Shown here: positions 27,652-38,068 of the stretch, piece by piece
Layout of the letters: every line of letters starts with the position of its first letter
Position numbering within the stretch: the first letter of the stretch is position 1
The notes under the pieces: model-generated
Told to the model about the DNA's origin: nothing
Database searches by the model: none
The model's input: only the letters and a program-made list of their open reading frames with translations
Source of the DNA: Bacteroidota bacterium
Lineage (GTDB): Bacteria; Bacteroidota; Bacteroidia; UBA7662
Direction: 5' to 3'
DNA length: 47,586 bases
Assembly (NCBI GenBank): GCA_016868875.1
Contig: VGFN01000002.1
Coordinates: 1 to 47,586, forward strand
Position numbers and translations under genes: made by a program

Positions 27652-28533
27652 GTGGTTTATTTCAAGTCAGTGTTTCTAAAGAATAGGATTAATATTAGGC
27701 TTTTTTCCTTAGCGATCACCGTATTACATGCTTTGACGAACCCAAATTCAGGGCATGCACAATGGCTTGAAATGGGAGTTTCGTCCGGCATCGCATCGTA
27801 TGTGGGGGATATTCCGAATCCAGTGGGGACCTTTCAGTGGGGTGCAGCAGGCGCCGCTTATGCCAAATACAATTTTAATCCACATTGGGGTTTGAAGTTG
27901 CAATGGGGAGTGCACCGCATTCACGCGGCAGATTCCTTGTCCGGGGTGGCCTCTCGCGACACCATCAATTTGAGTTTTCGTAATAATATTCAATCCGCAA
28001 TCTTAAACGTGGAATTCAACTTTTGGCCTTTTGTCCCTGGATCACGCAAAAAGAAAAGCGCCCCTTATGTGGGTTTGGGCATTGGCCGTATCTCGTTCGA
28101 TCCTCAAGCTCGGTACCGAGGCGAATGGGTTTCTTTACAACCTTTGGGGACCGAAGGTCAAGGCCTGGAGGATAAACCGGGATTGAAAGGAGTTGTCGAA
28201 CCTGAACGCTATGCGCTGAGCGCTTGGGCCTTCCCGGTGACTTTGGGTTTTCGTCATAATTTGCGCGATAAGCACAGCTTGGGTGTAGAGTTTGTGTATT
28301 GTTATACCAGTACCGATTACCTTGACGATATCAAAGGCAAATTCGTGGATCCCTCCCTTTTGCGTTTGCACCGTAATGGAATGGCAGCGGATTTATCCGA
28401 TCGCAGTTGGGAAAATGGGCATACGGTTCGCTCCTCAGGAACCCAACGGGGAGTGAACGCCTACAACGATGCGTATTGGTCCCTGATGGTGAATTATTCG
28501 TACAGTATACCATCCCGGCGTTGCCGGATGTAA
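27652..28533 (+). CDS. DUF6089-like outer-membrane beta-barrel protein (paralog)
   Basis: Same motif order as the previous gene: SYVGDI, GTEGQGLE, STDYLDDIKG. GTG start. Confidence 0.65.
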   Translation: MVYFKSVFLKNRINIRLFSLAITVLHALTNPNSGHAQWLEMGVSSGIASYVGDIPNPVGTFQWGAAGAAYAKYNFNPHWGLKLQWGVHRIHAADSLSGVASRDTINLSFRNNIQSAILNVEFNFWPFVPGSRKKKSAPYVGLGIGRISFDPQARYRGEWVSLQPLGTEGQGLEDKPGLKGVVEPERYALSAWAFPVTLGFRHNLRDKHSLGVEFVYCYTSTDYLDDIKGKFVDPSLLRLHRNGMAADLSDRSWENGHTVRSSGTQRGVNAYNDAYWSLMVNYSYSIPSRRCRM

Positions 28534-28559
28534 GGTTAAGGCATCATTATTGCATAGTT

Positions 28560-29294
28560 TTGGATTCCATTCTTGTTCCGGAGCACTTGGCCATTATCAT
28601 GGATGGGAACGGGCGTTGGGCTCAACAAAGGGGTCAGGACCGCATTTACGGTCACCGCTATGCGGTTCAGGCCGTTCGCGAAACCTGTGAGCTTTGTGCA
28701 GAATTAGGGGTTAAATACCTTACGCTTTATACCTTTTCTTCCGAAAATTGGGGCAGGCCCGCGGAAGAGGTTTCTGCCTTGATGCAGTTGTTGGTGGATA
28801 CGATACAGTCCGAATTGGACACCCTCATGAAAAATCAAATTTCCCTGCATGCCTTCGGGGATTTGGATATGTTGCCTGCCGAGTGTCGCGAGCAATTGGC
28901 GAAAACTTCTGCTCAAACATCGGGCAACACCAGAATGCAACTCAATTTGGCTCTTTCTTACAGCTCTCGAAAAGAATTGCTTCACGCTGTTCGCGTCATT
29001 GCTATGGAGGTGCGCCAAGGCACCTTAAATCCGGAGGATATAGACGAAAAGGTGATTAGTGGACGTTTACAAACATCCAACCTGCCTGACCCTGAACTTT
29101 TGATACGAACCAGCGGAGAAATGCGCATTTCCAATTTCCTGTTGTGGCAACTTGCCTATGCTGAACTTTATTTCACCTCGGTATGTTGGCCGGATTTTCG
29201 TAAGGAACATCTGCAGGCGGCCTTGGAAGATTACAGCAAGCGGGAAAGAAGGTTTGGCAAAACCTCGGCCCAGGTGAATGCGACCAAAGGATGA
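28560..29294 (+). CDS. uppS: Undecaprenyl-diphosphate synthase (isoprenyl transferase)
   Basis: HLAIIMDGNGRWA, FSSENWGRP, LIRTSGEMRISNFLLWQLAYAELYF. The start is uncertain. TTG 28560 gives MDSILVPEHLAIIMDG. The ORF-track start at 28407 overlaps the preceding gene by 127 nt. Confidence 0.85.
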   Translation: MDSILVPEHLAIIMDGNGRWAQQRGQDRIYGHRYAVQAVRETCELCAELGVKYLTLYTFSSENWGRPAEEVSALMQLLVDTIQSELDTLMKNQISLHAFGDLDMLPAECREQLAKTSAQTSGNTRMQLNLALSYSSRKELLHAVRVIAMEVRQGTLNPEDIDEKVISGRLQTSNLPDPELLIRTSGEMRISNFLLWQLAYAELYFTSVCWPDFRKEHLQAALEDYSKRERRFGKTSAQVNATKG

Positions 29295-31828
29295 TGGGTT
29301 GTCGTCGTATTACGGAATGCTTCCGATGGGGAAGGATAGGGCTTGCAATTGCGCTTCTATTCTTCATTGGAACAAACAGGGCGTTGGCTCAAAGTGATTT
29401 TGGAGCCGGCTCCGAATCGTCGGCAACGGTGCGCAGTTATCGAATTGCTGGATTGCGGGTTGAAGGATTGAGGCATACCGATAAGGATCTTTTGTTGATG
29501 ATTGCGGGCCTGAAGGAGGGTCAGCGTTTCACGTGGATGGGGGATGAGGGAGCCAAAGCCGTTCGGAACTTATGGAAACAGGGCCTGTTCGGGGATGTGC
29601 AAATCAAAGCGGATTCCATCGTGGACCAGAACATTTATCTGTGCCTGTACCTGGAAGAAAAGCCACGACTCTCCAAGGTCGTTTTCAATCGCAAGGTATC
29701 CAAAGCCCGTGCCGAAGAAATTACAGAATCCCTCAAAGGATTCAAAGGCAAGATTCTTAGCGAAGAAGTTCAGCGGAATATTGACCGGGTGGTTCGTAAA
29801 TACTATATCGACAAAGGATACAGGCAGGTAAGTACCCGAATGGTCATGGTACCCGACTCCAATCAGATCAACGCCTCTGTGCTCAATGTCACCGTGAATC
29901 CCGGGCCCAAGGTTAGGGTTGGCGAACTCATTATTGCCGGTAATCAAATCATGACGGAATCCAAGGTTGCCCGCATTATCAAAACGGCCAGACCCAAAGT
30001 TTGGTGGAATCCATTTCGTACCGGCAAATGGGATCCCGAGAAATTCGAAGAACAGAAAAATAAGCTTGTTAAACGCTATCAAGCGCAGGGTTATCGGGAT
30101 GCGAGGATCGTCAAAGATTCGGTTTACACCCTGAATCCACAACGCATGGGTCTTGTGGTGGAGGTTTTTGAGGGTAAACCGTATTCCATCCGCAGTTTGG
30201 TTTTTGAAGGGAATTCGGTTCATCCGGATAGCCTGCTGCATAGTCTTTTGGGCATCAAGGCAGGGGATTTGTATAACAAAGAATTATTGGACTCGCGCTT
30301 GCAGATGGATCCCTCAGGAAGAGATATTTCGTCCTTGTATATGGACGATGGGTATCTTTTTTTTCAGGTGAGTGGTCACGAGAACAGGGTTGAAGGGGAT
30401 AGCGTTGATTTGGTCATCCGGGTCGTGGAAGGGGCCCAGGCTATGGTAAGGCAGGTGACGGTCAGAGGCAACGACAAGACTTCGGATCATGTGATTATGC
30501 GGGAGCTTAGGACCCGGCCGGGGCAGAAATTTTCGAGGAGTGATGTTATGCGCACCACCAGGGAACTCAGTCAATTGGGCTACTTTGACCCGGAGCAATT
30601 GGGTGTCGTTCCTACCCCTAATCCCCAAGACGGAACGGTGGATATTGAATACAAAGTGGCAGAACGATCCAACGACCAGGTTGAATTGTCCGGGGGGTGG
30701 GGTGCTGGCCAAGTGGTCGGTTCCCTGGGCTTGGTCCTCAATAATTTTTCGGCGCGCAAAATGTTCGACTCCAAAGCTTGGTCTCCTGTCCCCGGTGGTG
30801 ATGGGCAAAGGGTGAGTGTTCGGGCCCAGTCCAATGGCCGCTTTTTTCAGTCCTACAATTTGTCATTTACCGAGCCATGGCTTGGCGGCAAAAAGCCAAA
30901 TTCATTGACCGTGAGCAGTTATGTTTCCATACAAGTTCCCAACGGCTTGCCTCGCTCCAATCCCCTTAGGCAGTCCATCACCATACGAGGAGCGAGCCTA
31001 AGTTTCGGTCAACGCCTCAAAAAGCCGGATGACTTTTTTACCCTCGTACACAGTTTGAATTTTCAGCAGTTTGATCTCAAAAACAGCCAAAACACGGCCT
31101 TTCTCCCGGATGGAATTTCCAATAATTTGTTCATCAAAGAGACCATTTCCCGGCAAAGCGTGGACCAACCTATTTTTCCTCGGGGCGGAAGTAATATTTC
31201 ACTAACCGCGCAAATCGCTCCCCCCTATTCTTTGCTTGGTCGTAAAGTCAGCACAAGTTCATCGGCCAAAGAGCGTTATAAATGGGTTGAATACCATAAA
31301 TGGCGCTTTGATTACCAAAATTATACCAAGCTGGTGGGCAACTTGGTTTTGATGAGCCGAATGCAATTCGGTTGGCTGGGCAATTATCAGGCGGCCACCG
31401 GGGAGGTTCCCTTTGGGAGGTTTTATGTTGGAGGGGATGGTATTATGGGATTTGCCTTGGATGATAGGGAATTAATAGGCCTGAGGGGCTACCAAAACAA
31501 TTCGCTGACCCCTCGGGATTTTCAAAGCGGGCAAGCTGTAGGAGCGACCTCCTTTCAGAAATACACCATGGAACTCCGTTACCCACTTTCCTTGAATCCC
31601 TCGGCCACCATTTATGTCACCTCCTTTTTGGAAGGGGGGAATTCATTTCGAAAGGTCAGGGACTTCGAGCCCTTTCGCAACTACCGTTCAGCCGGTGTTG
31701 GGGTGAGGGTATTTTTGCCCATGTTTGGTCTCTTAGGGGTGGATTGGGGTTACGGTTTTGATCCTGTTCCCGGTGCCGGAGAGGTCCACAAGGGCAATGT
31801 CCATATTTCTATCGGTCAATCCTTCTAA
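29291..31828 (+). CDS. bamA: Outer membrane protein assembly factor BamA
   Basis: 845 aa. Signal peptide, repeated POTRA-like units, a D15 barrel (GGDGIMGFALDDRELIGLRGY) and a C-terminal ...VHISIGQSF. The ATG overlaps the uppS stop. Confidence 0.95.
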   Translation: MMGCRRITECFRWGRIGLAIALLFFIGTNRALAQSDFGAGSESSATVRSYRIAGLRVEGLRHTDKDLLLMIAGLKEGQRFTWMGDEGAKAVRNLWKQGLFGDVQIKADSIVDQNIYLCLYLEEKPRLSKVVFNRKVSKARAEEITESLKGFKGKILSEEVQRNIDRVVRKYYIDKGYRQVSTRMVMVPDSNQINASVLNVTVNPGPKVRVGELIIAGNQIMTESKVARIIKTARPKVWWNPFRTGKWDPEKFEEQKNKLVKRYQAQGYRDARIVKDSVYTLNPQRMGLVVEVFEGKPYSIRSLVFEGNSVHPDSLLHSLLGIKAGDLYNKELLDSRLQMDPSGRDISSLYMDDGYLFFQVSGHENRVEGDSVDLVIRVVEGAQAMVRQVTVRGNDKTSDHVIMRELRTRPGQKFSRSDVMRTTRELSQLGYFDPEQLGVVPTPNPQDGTVDIEYKVAERSNDQVELSGGWGAGQVVGSLGLVLNNFSARKMFDSKAWSPVPGGDGQRVSVRAQSNGRFFQSYNLSFTEPWLGGKKPNSLTVSSYVSIQVPNGLPRSNPLRQSITIRGASLSFGQRLKKPDDFFTLVHSLNFQQFDLKNSQNTAFLPDGISNNLFIKETISRQSVDQPIFPRGGSNISLTAQIAPPYSLLGRKVSTSSSAKERYKWVEYHKWRFDYQNYTKLVGNLVLMSRMQFGWLGNYQAATGEVPFGRFYVGGDGIMGFALDDRELIGLRGYQNNSLTPRDFQSGQAVGATSFQKYTMELRYPLSLNPSATIYVTSFLEGGNSFRKVRDFEPFRNYRSAGVGVRVFLPMFGLLGVDWGYGFDPVPGAGEVHKGNVHISIGQSF

Positions 31829-31830
31829 CG

Positions 31831-32469
31831 ATGCTCAAATACTTTGCCCTCGCATTTCTGTGGATTACTTTGAACCTAACGGCAATGGGTCAAGCCCAGC
31901 GCTTTGTTTATGTGGATACGGAATACATGCTGGGTCAAATGACGGAGTATCAAAGTGCCCAAAGCGAGCTCAAAGTTCAAATAGAGCGGTTTAATGCGGA
32001 ATCGGAAGAAAAAAAGCAAGAGATTGAGCGGCTCTATCGGGCCCTAAAAGCTGAAAGTCCACTCTTGACTGAGTCCATGCGCAAAGACCGCATGGAGGAA
32101 ATCAAAAGCAAAGAGGCCCAGCTGTTGTCCTGGCAGAACCAGCAATATGGCCCGGAGGGAGCCCTGCAGAAGCGCCAGCAGGAACTTATAAGGCCCTTGC
32201 AGGACAAAATCTTCGCCGCTGTGCAGAAATATGCGCGTGACAAAAGCTATGACCTTATATTTGACAGAGCCGCAGGGAATCAATTGCTGTTTGTGAACCC
32301 TAAATTTGACAAAAGCAATGAAATCCTGACCGCTATGGGGGTCGTCAAAAAATCCCCACAAGCCAAGGCTCAACGCAAACCCAACTCCAATACTTCTGCA
32401 ACAAAATCCAATTCAAGCGAAAAAAACCAACCACCACCCAAAGAAATCACGCCATCAAACCCCAAATAA
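31831..32469 (+). CDS. OmpH/Skp-family periplasmic chaperone
   Basis: Signal peptide, a coiled-coil-rich core, and the conserved DKSYDLIFDRAAGNQLLFVNPKFD block. It lies directly after bamA. Confidence 0.85.
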   Translation: MLKYFALAFLWITLNLTAMGQAQRFVYVDTEYMLGQMTEYQSAQSELKVQIERFNAESEEKKQEIERLYRALKAESPLLTESMRKDRMEEIKSKEAQLLSWQNQQYGPEGALQKRQQELIRPLQDKIFAAVQKYARDKSYDLIFDRAAGNQLLFVNPKFDKSNEILTAMGVVKKSPQAKAQRKPNSNTSATKSNSSEKNQPPPKEITPSNPK

Positions 32470-32476
32470 TACGACA

Positions 32477-33016
32477 ATGATCATTGCCCCTGTTAGATTC
32501 CCCCTAAAAGCCGTAGTTTCTACCTGCTTTTTGGCCTTTTTGTTCCTTACTCATTCTGTAAACGCTCAGGCCCCAAAATTGGGTCATATCAATTCAGGTG
32601 AGCTGGTCTCCATGATGCCGGAAACCAAAAAGGCGGAAGACAGCCTCAAGAAATTTGCGGAGGGTATGGAAACTCAAGTGCAAGCCATGCTATCGGAATT
32701 GAAAATCAAATATGCCGATTTTCAGTCCAAAAGCAAGGAATGGTCGGAATCGCTGAGGGAATACAAAACCAAAGAAATACAAGATTTGCAATCCAATATT
32801 GATAATTTTCAGCAACGTGCCCAGCAGGACATTGCGAAGCGCAAAGAAGACTTGCTTGGACCAGTGATCAAAAAAGCCGAAGAGGTCATCAAAGCAATTG
32901 CCAAAGAAGGCAATTACGATTATATTTTCGATACTTCCAACGGGTCTTTTCTGCATGTCAAAGAGGCTGATAATCTGATGGATCAGGCCAAGAAAAAATT
33001 GAACCTGTCTAAATGA
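32477..33016 (+). CDS. OmpH/Skp-family periplasmic chaperone (second copy)
   Basis: Signal peptide ending VNAQ, KLGHINSGELVSMMPE, and EGNYDYIFDTSNGSFLHV. Confidence 0.85.
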   Translation: MIIAPVRFPLKAVVSTCFLAFLFLTHSVNAQAPKLGHINSGELVSMMPETKKAEDSLKKFAEGMETQVQAMLSELKIKYADFQSKSKEWSESLREYKTKEIQDLQSNIDNFQQRAQQDIAKRKEDLLGPVIKKAEEVIKAIAKEGNYDYIFDTSNGSFLHVKEADNLMDQAKKKLNLSK

Positions 33017-35220
33017 TGTTACAACCAACTTACCGGATTGGTCTAGCCCTCCTGTTTGTTTGGTCAATTCAGGTTGGCATATCTTGGGGTCAAGATTCCT
33101 CAGGCAATAATCCAGGAAAAGATAAAGAGCCTAAGGGCAAGGTGGCCAAGGAAAAGGCCAAGAAAACTCCGGGCTTTATTCAGAAGTTAGCCGATGAGTC
33201 GGATACGCTCGGCAGCAAGAAGCCTGCTGTTAATCCCGATAAACTAGAGGGTAATCGCGCTTTCACCGCAGAAAATTACTTTTTTGCAATTGAACATTAC
33301 AAAAAGGCCTTAAGGGTGGACAAAAAAGACATCCAATTGCCTTTTTTGATTGCTGAATGTTATCGCTTGGCCAATGAAATCAAAAATGCAGATGTTTGGT
33401 ATGCTAGGGCTGTCAAGGCCGGTGTGAGCAACGACAGCATTCATATTCATTATGGCACCATATTAAGGGCGTTGGAAAAATACCCTGAAGCGGTTGAACA
33501 ATACCAGGCCTATTTGCGCTACGCGCCCCAAGATGCCTACATTAAATGGTTGATTGAATCTTGTCGGTTGGCGCAAACCTGGTTGGGAAATCCTGCTCGC
33601 TACACGGTTGAAAACCTCCAGCGATTCAACACCAAGAATTCTGAGTTTGGAATCACTCCCATGAAGTTTAATGCAGTTTTATTAAGCTCTACCCGTCCAG
33701 ATGCGATGGGCACCAAATTATATGGTCGATTGGGGGAAGATTTCAGCGATTTGTTTGAGAGTTATGTAGACGGTCAAAACAAGTGGTCCAAGCTTCGTCC
33801 GATCCCGGGAATGATCAATACTTTGGGTAATGATGCGACTCCTTGTTTAACCTCCGACGGCAACACGCTCTACTTTACTCGTTGCAGTAACAAAAACGGC
33901 GCGTGTCGGATTTACAGAACAACAAGAGAAGGGGCGGGATGGGCTGAGCCTATCCTTGTTCCTATTATGGCCGATACGGTTGACGTAGGACATCCGGCAC
34001 TTACTGTTAACGAGGATAAAATGTATTTTGTGGCCTCCAATGCTGAAGGAGGATATGGGGCCAAGGATATTTGGTTCATGAACCGATCCGAAGATGACAC
34101 CTGGGAAGAGCCGGTTAATCTTGGTTCTACGGTGAATACCGAAAGGGACGAAATGTTCCCCTTCATACATTCATCCGATACAATTTTGTTTTTTTCTTCT
34201 GATGGTCATCCCGGAATGGGAGGACTTGACTTGTTTAAAACGGTCGGTGGTGGTGCAGAATGGGAACAGGCCGAGAATTTAAGGAACCCGCTTAATTCAG
34301 GGGCTGATGATTTTAGTATAACGGTCAACGAAAAACTAACCAGCGGTTTCCTTGCTTCAAGCCGTCTTGGAGGCCGCGGCAGTGATGATATTTATTTATG
34401 GAATTTTATTCCGTACCGAGTTACCCTTAGCGGTAAAGTTTATGACGATACCACCGGTGCTGTAATTTTTGGAGCAAACGTTCGACTTGTTTTGGAAGAC
34501 TCCTCGTTTTTTGAAACTACCACAGACTCCTTGGGGCAGTTTTATTTTAAATTGAGAGAGGATGTTCAATACCGATTAGAGGCCGACGTAGCCAAAGAGA
34601 AGATCCCATACCAAGTCCATTCCGCACCAAGAAAGCGGTTGCTCTACTATCCTACCGATACAACCTTTAACACTAACCAAACTTTTGATGATACGGATTG
34701 GATTATTGACCTTCCTATGCGGCTGGTTCCTACCGAAGAAATACGGTTGAGTGATATTCTGTACGATTTTGATAAGGCGACCTTACGGCCAGAGTCCATG
34801 ATTTCGCTGGATTCGTTGTTTGATTTCCTTCAGAAATCACAGGGTATTTCGGTAGCTATTCATTCCCATACCGACTCACGAGGATCAGAATCTTACAATC
34901 AAAACCTCTCTCAAATGAGGGCACAGTCAGTGGTTGATTACTTGGTTTCAAAAGGTATTACCCAGGATAGACTGTCCGCTCAGGGTCACGGAGAAAGCAA
35001 GCTTATTAATCGTTGTTCCGATGATGCCAAATGTTCGGAAGAGGAACATCAGCTGAATCGTCGCACAACCTTCAGCATCACCGATATTGATTTGGATCGG
35101 GTCATTGTCAAATACAAAAGGGTCACGGGCGAAGAAACCGAGGATGCCGAGGAAGCCATTTATAAGGCGATTTCGGATAAGAAAAAAATGAGCAGGCCGG
35201 GTAGGCAAGCATCCCGATGA
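33013..35220 (+). CDS. OmpA-family protein with an N-terminal TPR region and TolB-like (PD40) beta-propeller repeats
   Basis: C-terminal OmpA/MotB domain: ILYDFDKATLRPES..HSHTDSRGSESYNQNLSQMRAQSVVDYL..NRRTTFSI. TPR-like YFFAIEHYKKAL. PD40-like repeats: TSDGNTLYFTR, ..MYFVASN, ILFFSSDG. The ATG overlaps the skp stop. Confidence 0.85.
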   Translation: MMLQPTYRIGLALLFVWSIQVGISWGQDSSGNNPGKDKEPKGKVAKEKAKKTPGFIQKLADESDTLGSKKPAVNPDKLEGNRAFTAENYFFAIEHYKKALRVDKKDIQLPFLIAECYRLANEIKNADVWYARAVKAGVSNDSIHIHYGTILRALEKYPEAVEQYQAYLRYAPQDAYIKWLIESCRLAQTWLGNPARYTVENLQRFNTKNSEFGITPMKFNAVLLSSTRPDAMGTKLYGRLGEDFSDLFESYVDGQNKWSKLRPIPGMINTLGNDATPCLTSDGNTLYFTRCSNKNGACRIYRTTREGAGWAEPILVPIMADTVDVGHPALTVNEDKMYFVASNAEGGYGAKDIWFMNRSEDDTWEEPVNLGSTVNTERDEMFPFIHSSDTILFFSSDGHPGMGGLDLFKTVGGGAEWEQAENLRNPLNSGADDFSITVNEKLTSGFLASSRLGGRGSDDIYLWNFIPYRVTLSGKVYDDTTGAVIFGANVRLVLEDSSFFETTTDSLGQFYFKLREDVQYRLEADVAKEKIPYQVHSAPRKRLLYYPTDTTFNTNQTFDDTDWIIDLPMRLVPTEEIRLSDILYDFDKATLRPESMISLDSLFDFLQKSQGISVAIHSHTDSRGSESYNQNLSQMRAQSVVDYLVSKGITQDRLSAQGHGESKLINRCSDDAKCSEEEHQLNRRTTFSITDIDLDRVIVKYKRVTGEETEDAEEAIYKAISDKKKMSRPGRQASR

Positions 35221-36452
35221 GTTCGGGTACTTCGGATAGCCGGTATGCTGCCCGCGGTGCTTCTGCCACCAAGGATGAGGTTCATCGCGCCATTGCTGGC
35301 CTCGACAAGGGTCTCTTTCCATCGGCGTTTTGCAAAGTTTTGCCGGACGTTCTTGGTAATGATCCTGACTTTTGTAACCTGATTCACGCGGACGGTGCCG
35401 GGACCAAATCCTCCCTAGCCTACCTCTATTGGAAAGAGACCGGCCTTACGGATGTTTGGAAAGGGATTGCCCGGGATGCTGTGGTCATGAATCTGGATGA
35501 CTTGTGTTGCGCAGGGGCTACAGGGCCTTACCTGCTGTCTTCAACCATTGGGCGTAATAAACACCGCATACCAGGGGAGGTGATTGAAGCGATCATCCAA
35601 GGGACCGAGGAATACACCGAAGAACTTCGTCAATGGGGCGTGGATCTTCGTTGCGGAGGTGGGGAAACCGCTGATTTGGGGGATTTAATTCAAACCGTGG
35701 TGGTGGATTCGACTATGACAGCCCGAATGCGAAGGGATGCCGTAATTTCCAATCACCGTATTCAGCCTGGGGATGTTATCGTGGGATTTGCCTCCTTTGG
35801 AACTTGTGCCTACGAATTCGTCGATAACTCAGGAATTGGTTCCAACGGATTGACTTCTGCACGGCATGACCTCTTGCACCATGATTATCTGCACCGCTAT
35901 CCGGAATCTGTGGATGCCTCGGTAGATTCCTCCTTGCAGTACAGCGGCCAATTTCATTTGAATGAAAGCCTCCTCGAGGTCTTGGGCTCTTCCTTGGGAT
36001 TGGCACCCCATGCCTCAAGGGATGGTTTGGATTTCGGCCGATGGCTATTGTCCCCGACCCGAACCTATGCGCCTTTGATAAGTTCCCTGCTGAGGGATAT
36101 CGGTACAGAGGGAATGCACGGAATGGTTCATTGCAGCGGGGGTGGGCAAACCAAGGTCTTGCATTTTGTGAAAAACCTGGAGGTGATCAAAGATGATTGC
36201 TTCGAAATACCTCCGCTCTTTGCGTTGATCCAGAAAATCACCGAAACTTCATGGCAAGAAATGTACAGGGTTTTCAATATGGGCCATCGCCTGGAATTGT
36301 ACCTTCCTGAGAGCCTGGTTGCCTCTGCTTTGGATTGGGGCAAACACTACGGTATCGCCGCCAAGGTGGTGGGACGGGTTGGGCAAGCGAGCAATAACTT
36401 GACTTCCCTGCAGATCAAAGGACCGGAAGGAATCCTGCAATACAACGCCTAG
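35217..36452 (+). CDS. AIR synthase (PurM)-related protein, Bacteroidota long form
   Basis: N-terminus RYAARGASATKDEVHRAIAGLDKGLFPSAFCKVLPD..IHADGAGTKSSLAYLYW and later PurM-fold blocks. The ATG overlaps the upstream stop (ATGA). Confidence 0.75.
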   Translation: MSSGTSDSRYAARGASATKDEVHRAIAGLDKGLFPSAFCKVLPDVLGNDPDFCNLIHADGAGTKSSLAYLYWKETGLTDVWKGIARDAVVMNLDDLCCAGATGPYLLSSTIGRNKHRIPGEVIEAIIQGTEEYTEELRQWGVDLRCGGGETADLGDLIQTVVVDSTMTARMRRDAVISNHRIQPGDVIVGFASFGTCAYEFVDNSGIGSNGLTSARHDLLHHDYLHRYPESVDASVDSSLQYSGQFHLNESLLEVLGSSLGLAPHASRDGLDFGRWLLSPTRTYAPLISSLLRDIGTEGMHGMVHCSGGGQTKVLHFVKNLEVIKDDCFEIPPLFALIQKITETSWQEMYRVFNMGHRLELYLPESLVASALDWGKHYGIAAKVVGRVGQASNNLTSLQIKGPEGILQYNA

Positions 36453-36454
36453 CC

Positions 36455-38038
36455 TTATTTGGCATAGGCCACGGCCCGTTTTTCGCGGATGACGGTCACC
36501 TTAATTTGGCCGGGGTATTGCATTTCACTTTGGATGCGTTGGGATAATTCTACCGACATCAAATCCGATTGCTCATCCGATACTTTTTCGGCCTCGACGA
36601 CTACCCTTAGCTCACGACCTGCTTGAATGGCAAAGGCCTTTTCGACTCCTTTGAAGGACTGAGCCAAATTCTCTAATTCTTTCAGGCGTTTGATATAGCC
36701 TTCCACAACTTCTCGACGGGCGCCGGGCCTTGAACCGGAAATCGCATCGCAGGCTTGAACGATGGCTGATATAGGATCGGTCATTTCAATCTCATCATGG
36801 TGTGCCCCTATGGCATTGCAAATGATGGGATGTTCCTTGCATTTTTCGGCGAGCTGCATACCCAGCAAGGCGTGCGGCAAATCAGGTTGGTCATCGGGGA
36901 CCTTGCCAATATCGTGCAAGAGGCCGGCTCGCTTGGCCAATTTGGGATTTAGGCCAAGTTCGGAGGCCATGGTGGCGCAGAGATTGGCGACTTCACGGCT
37001 ATGCTGCAACAAGTTCTGTCCATAGGATGAACGATACCGCATTTTACCGACCAGGCGCACGAGGTCGGCATGCAGTCCGTGGATGCCCAAATCGATGCAG
37101 GTCCTTTCGCCAATTTCGACAATTTCTTCTTCGATCTGTTTCTTGGTTTTGGCAACCACCTCTTCGATGCGTGCAGGGTGGATGCGACCGTCGCTGACCA
37201 AACGGTGCAAGGCAATGCGGGCGATTTCGCGGCGCAATGGGTCAAAACAGGACAGTATAATCGCCTCCGGGGTATCGTCCACTTGGAATTCTACGCCGGT
37301 GGCCGCTTCTAAGGCTCGAATATTGCGTCCTTCTCTTCCAATAATTTGCCCTTTGATTTCGTCGTTCTTGATTTGGAAGACGGAGATGGAATTTTCGATG
37401 GAATGCTCGGTTGCACAGCGTTGTATGGTTTCGATGACCACTTTTTTGGCTTGTTTGTGGGCGCTGAGTTTGGCTTCGTCCACAATTTCCTTGATGGATG
37501 CGGAAGATCTGCTGCGGGCCTCGTCCACCAAGGATTCCATCAATTGAGACCGGGCTTGGTCTGCGCTTAGGCCAGCTACTTTTTCCAAGGCTTGCACCAT
37601 TTTTTGATGGGATTTGGAGAGTTCCTGTTCCTGCTGGGCGATGTTTTGGCTGGCTCGCTCCAATTGTTGTTTTTTCTGTTCCAGCTCGTTTTCCTTGCGG
37701 GAGGCCTGTTCCAGCTTCTGGTTCAGCGTATTTTCTTTTTGCTTGAAGGCTTGTTCCTTGGATTGAACCGACTGCTCGCGAGACTGCATGGATTGGTTCT
37801 TCTTCTGGACTTCCGATTCGTGTTCAGCCTTGAGGTGGATGAACTTTTCTTTGGCCTGCAGCTCCTTTTCTTTACGGAGGCTTTCGGCTTTGGATTCGGC
37901 GTCGGCAAGGATGCGTTTGGCTTCTTTTTCGGCCTCTTCTCGTTCTTTGCCGGCTTTGGCCGTAAAAACGATTTTGCCTAGGCCTAATCCGGCGCCTGCG
38001 GCAATAACGATGCTAACAATAAGGGTAATTTGGTCCAT
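36455..38038 (-). CDS. rny: Ribonuclease Y
   Basis: N-terminal TM helix, a long charged coiled coil, KH domain [22 protein letters not shown], and HD domain LLHDIGK..GAHHDE. Confidence 0.95.
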   Translation of the reverse strand: MDQITLIVSIVIAAGAGLGLGKIVFTAKAGKEREEAEKEAKRILADAESKAESLRKEKELQAKEKFIHLKAEHESEVQKKNQSMQSREQSVQSKEQAFKQKENTLNQKLEQASRKENELEQKKQQLERASQNIAQQEQELSKSHQKMVQALEKVAGLSADQARSQLMESLVDEARSRSSASIKEIVDEAKLSAHKQAKKVVIETIQRCATEHSIENSISVFQIKNDEIKGQIIGREGRNIRALEAATGVEFQVDDTPEAIILSCFDPLRREIARIALHRLVSDGRIHPARIEEVVAKTKKQIEEEIVEIGERTCIDLGIHGLHADLVRLVGKMRYRSSYGQNLLQHSREVANLCATMASELGLNPKLAKRAGLLHDIGKVPDDQPDLPHALLGMQLAEKCKEHPIICNAIGAHHDEIEMTDPISAIVQACDAISGSRPGARREVVEGYIKRLKELENLAQSFKGVEKAFAIQAGRELRVVVEAEKVSDEQSDLMSVELSQRIQSEMQYPGQIKVTVIREKRAVAYAK

Positions 38039-38068
38039 GGCGTTGTTTTTGAACGCCCAGAGGCCGGA

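Noticed and set aside
29570-30241. 223-aa ORF on the minus strand
   Set aside because: It is antisense to the POTRA region of bamA, which is confidently called. The product looks low-complexity and random.
37083-37981. Several 74-154-aa plus-strand ORFs
   Set aside because: All are antisense to the charged coiled-coil and KH regions of rny. The repetitive GAA/AAG-rich coding sequence keeps the opposite frames open.
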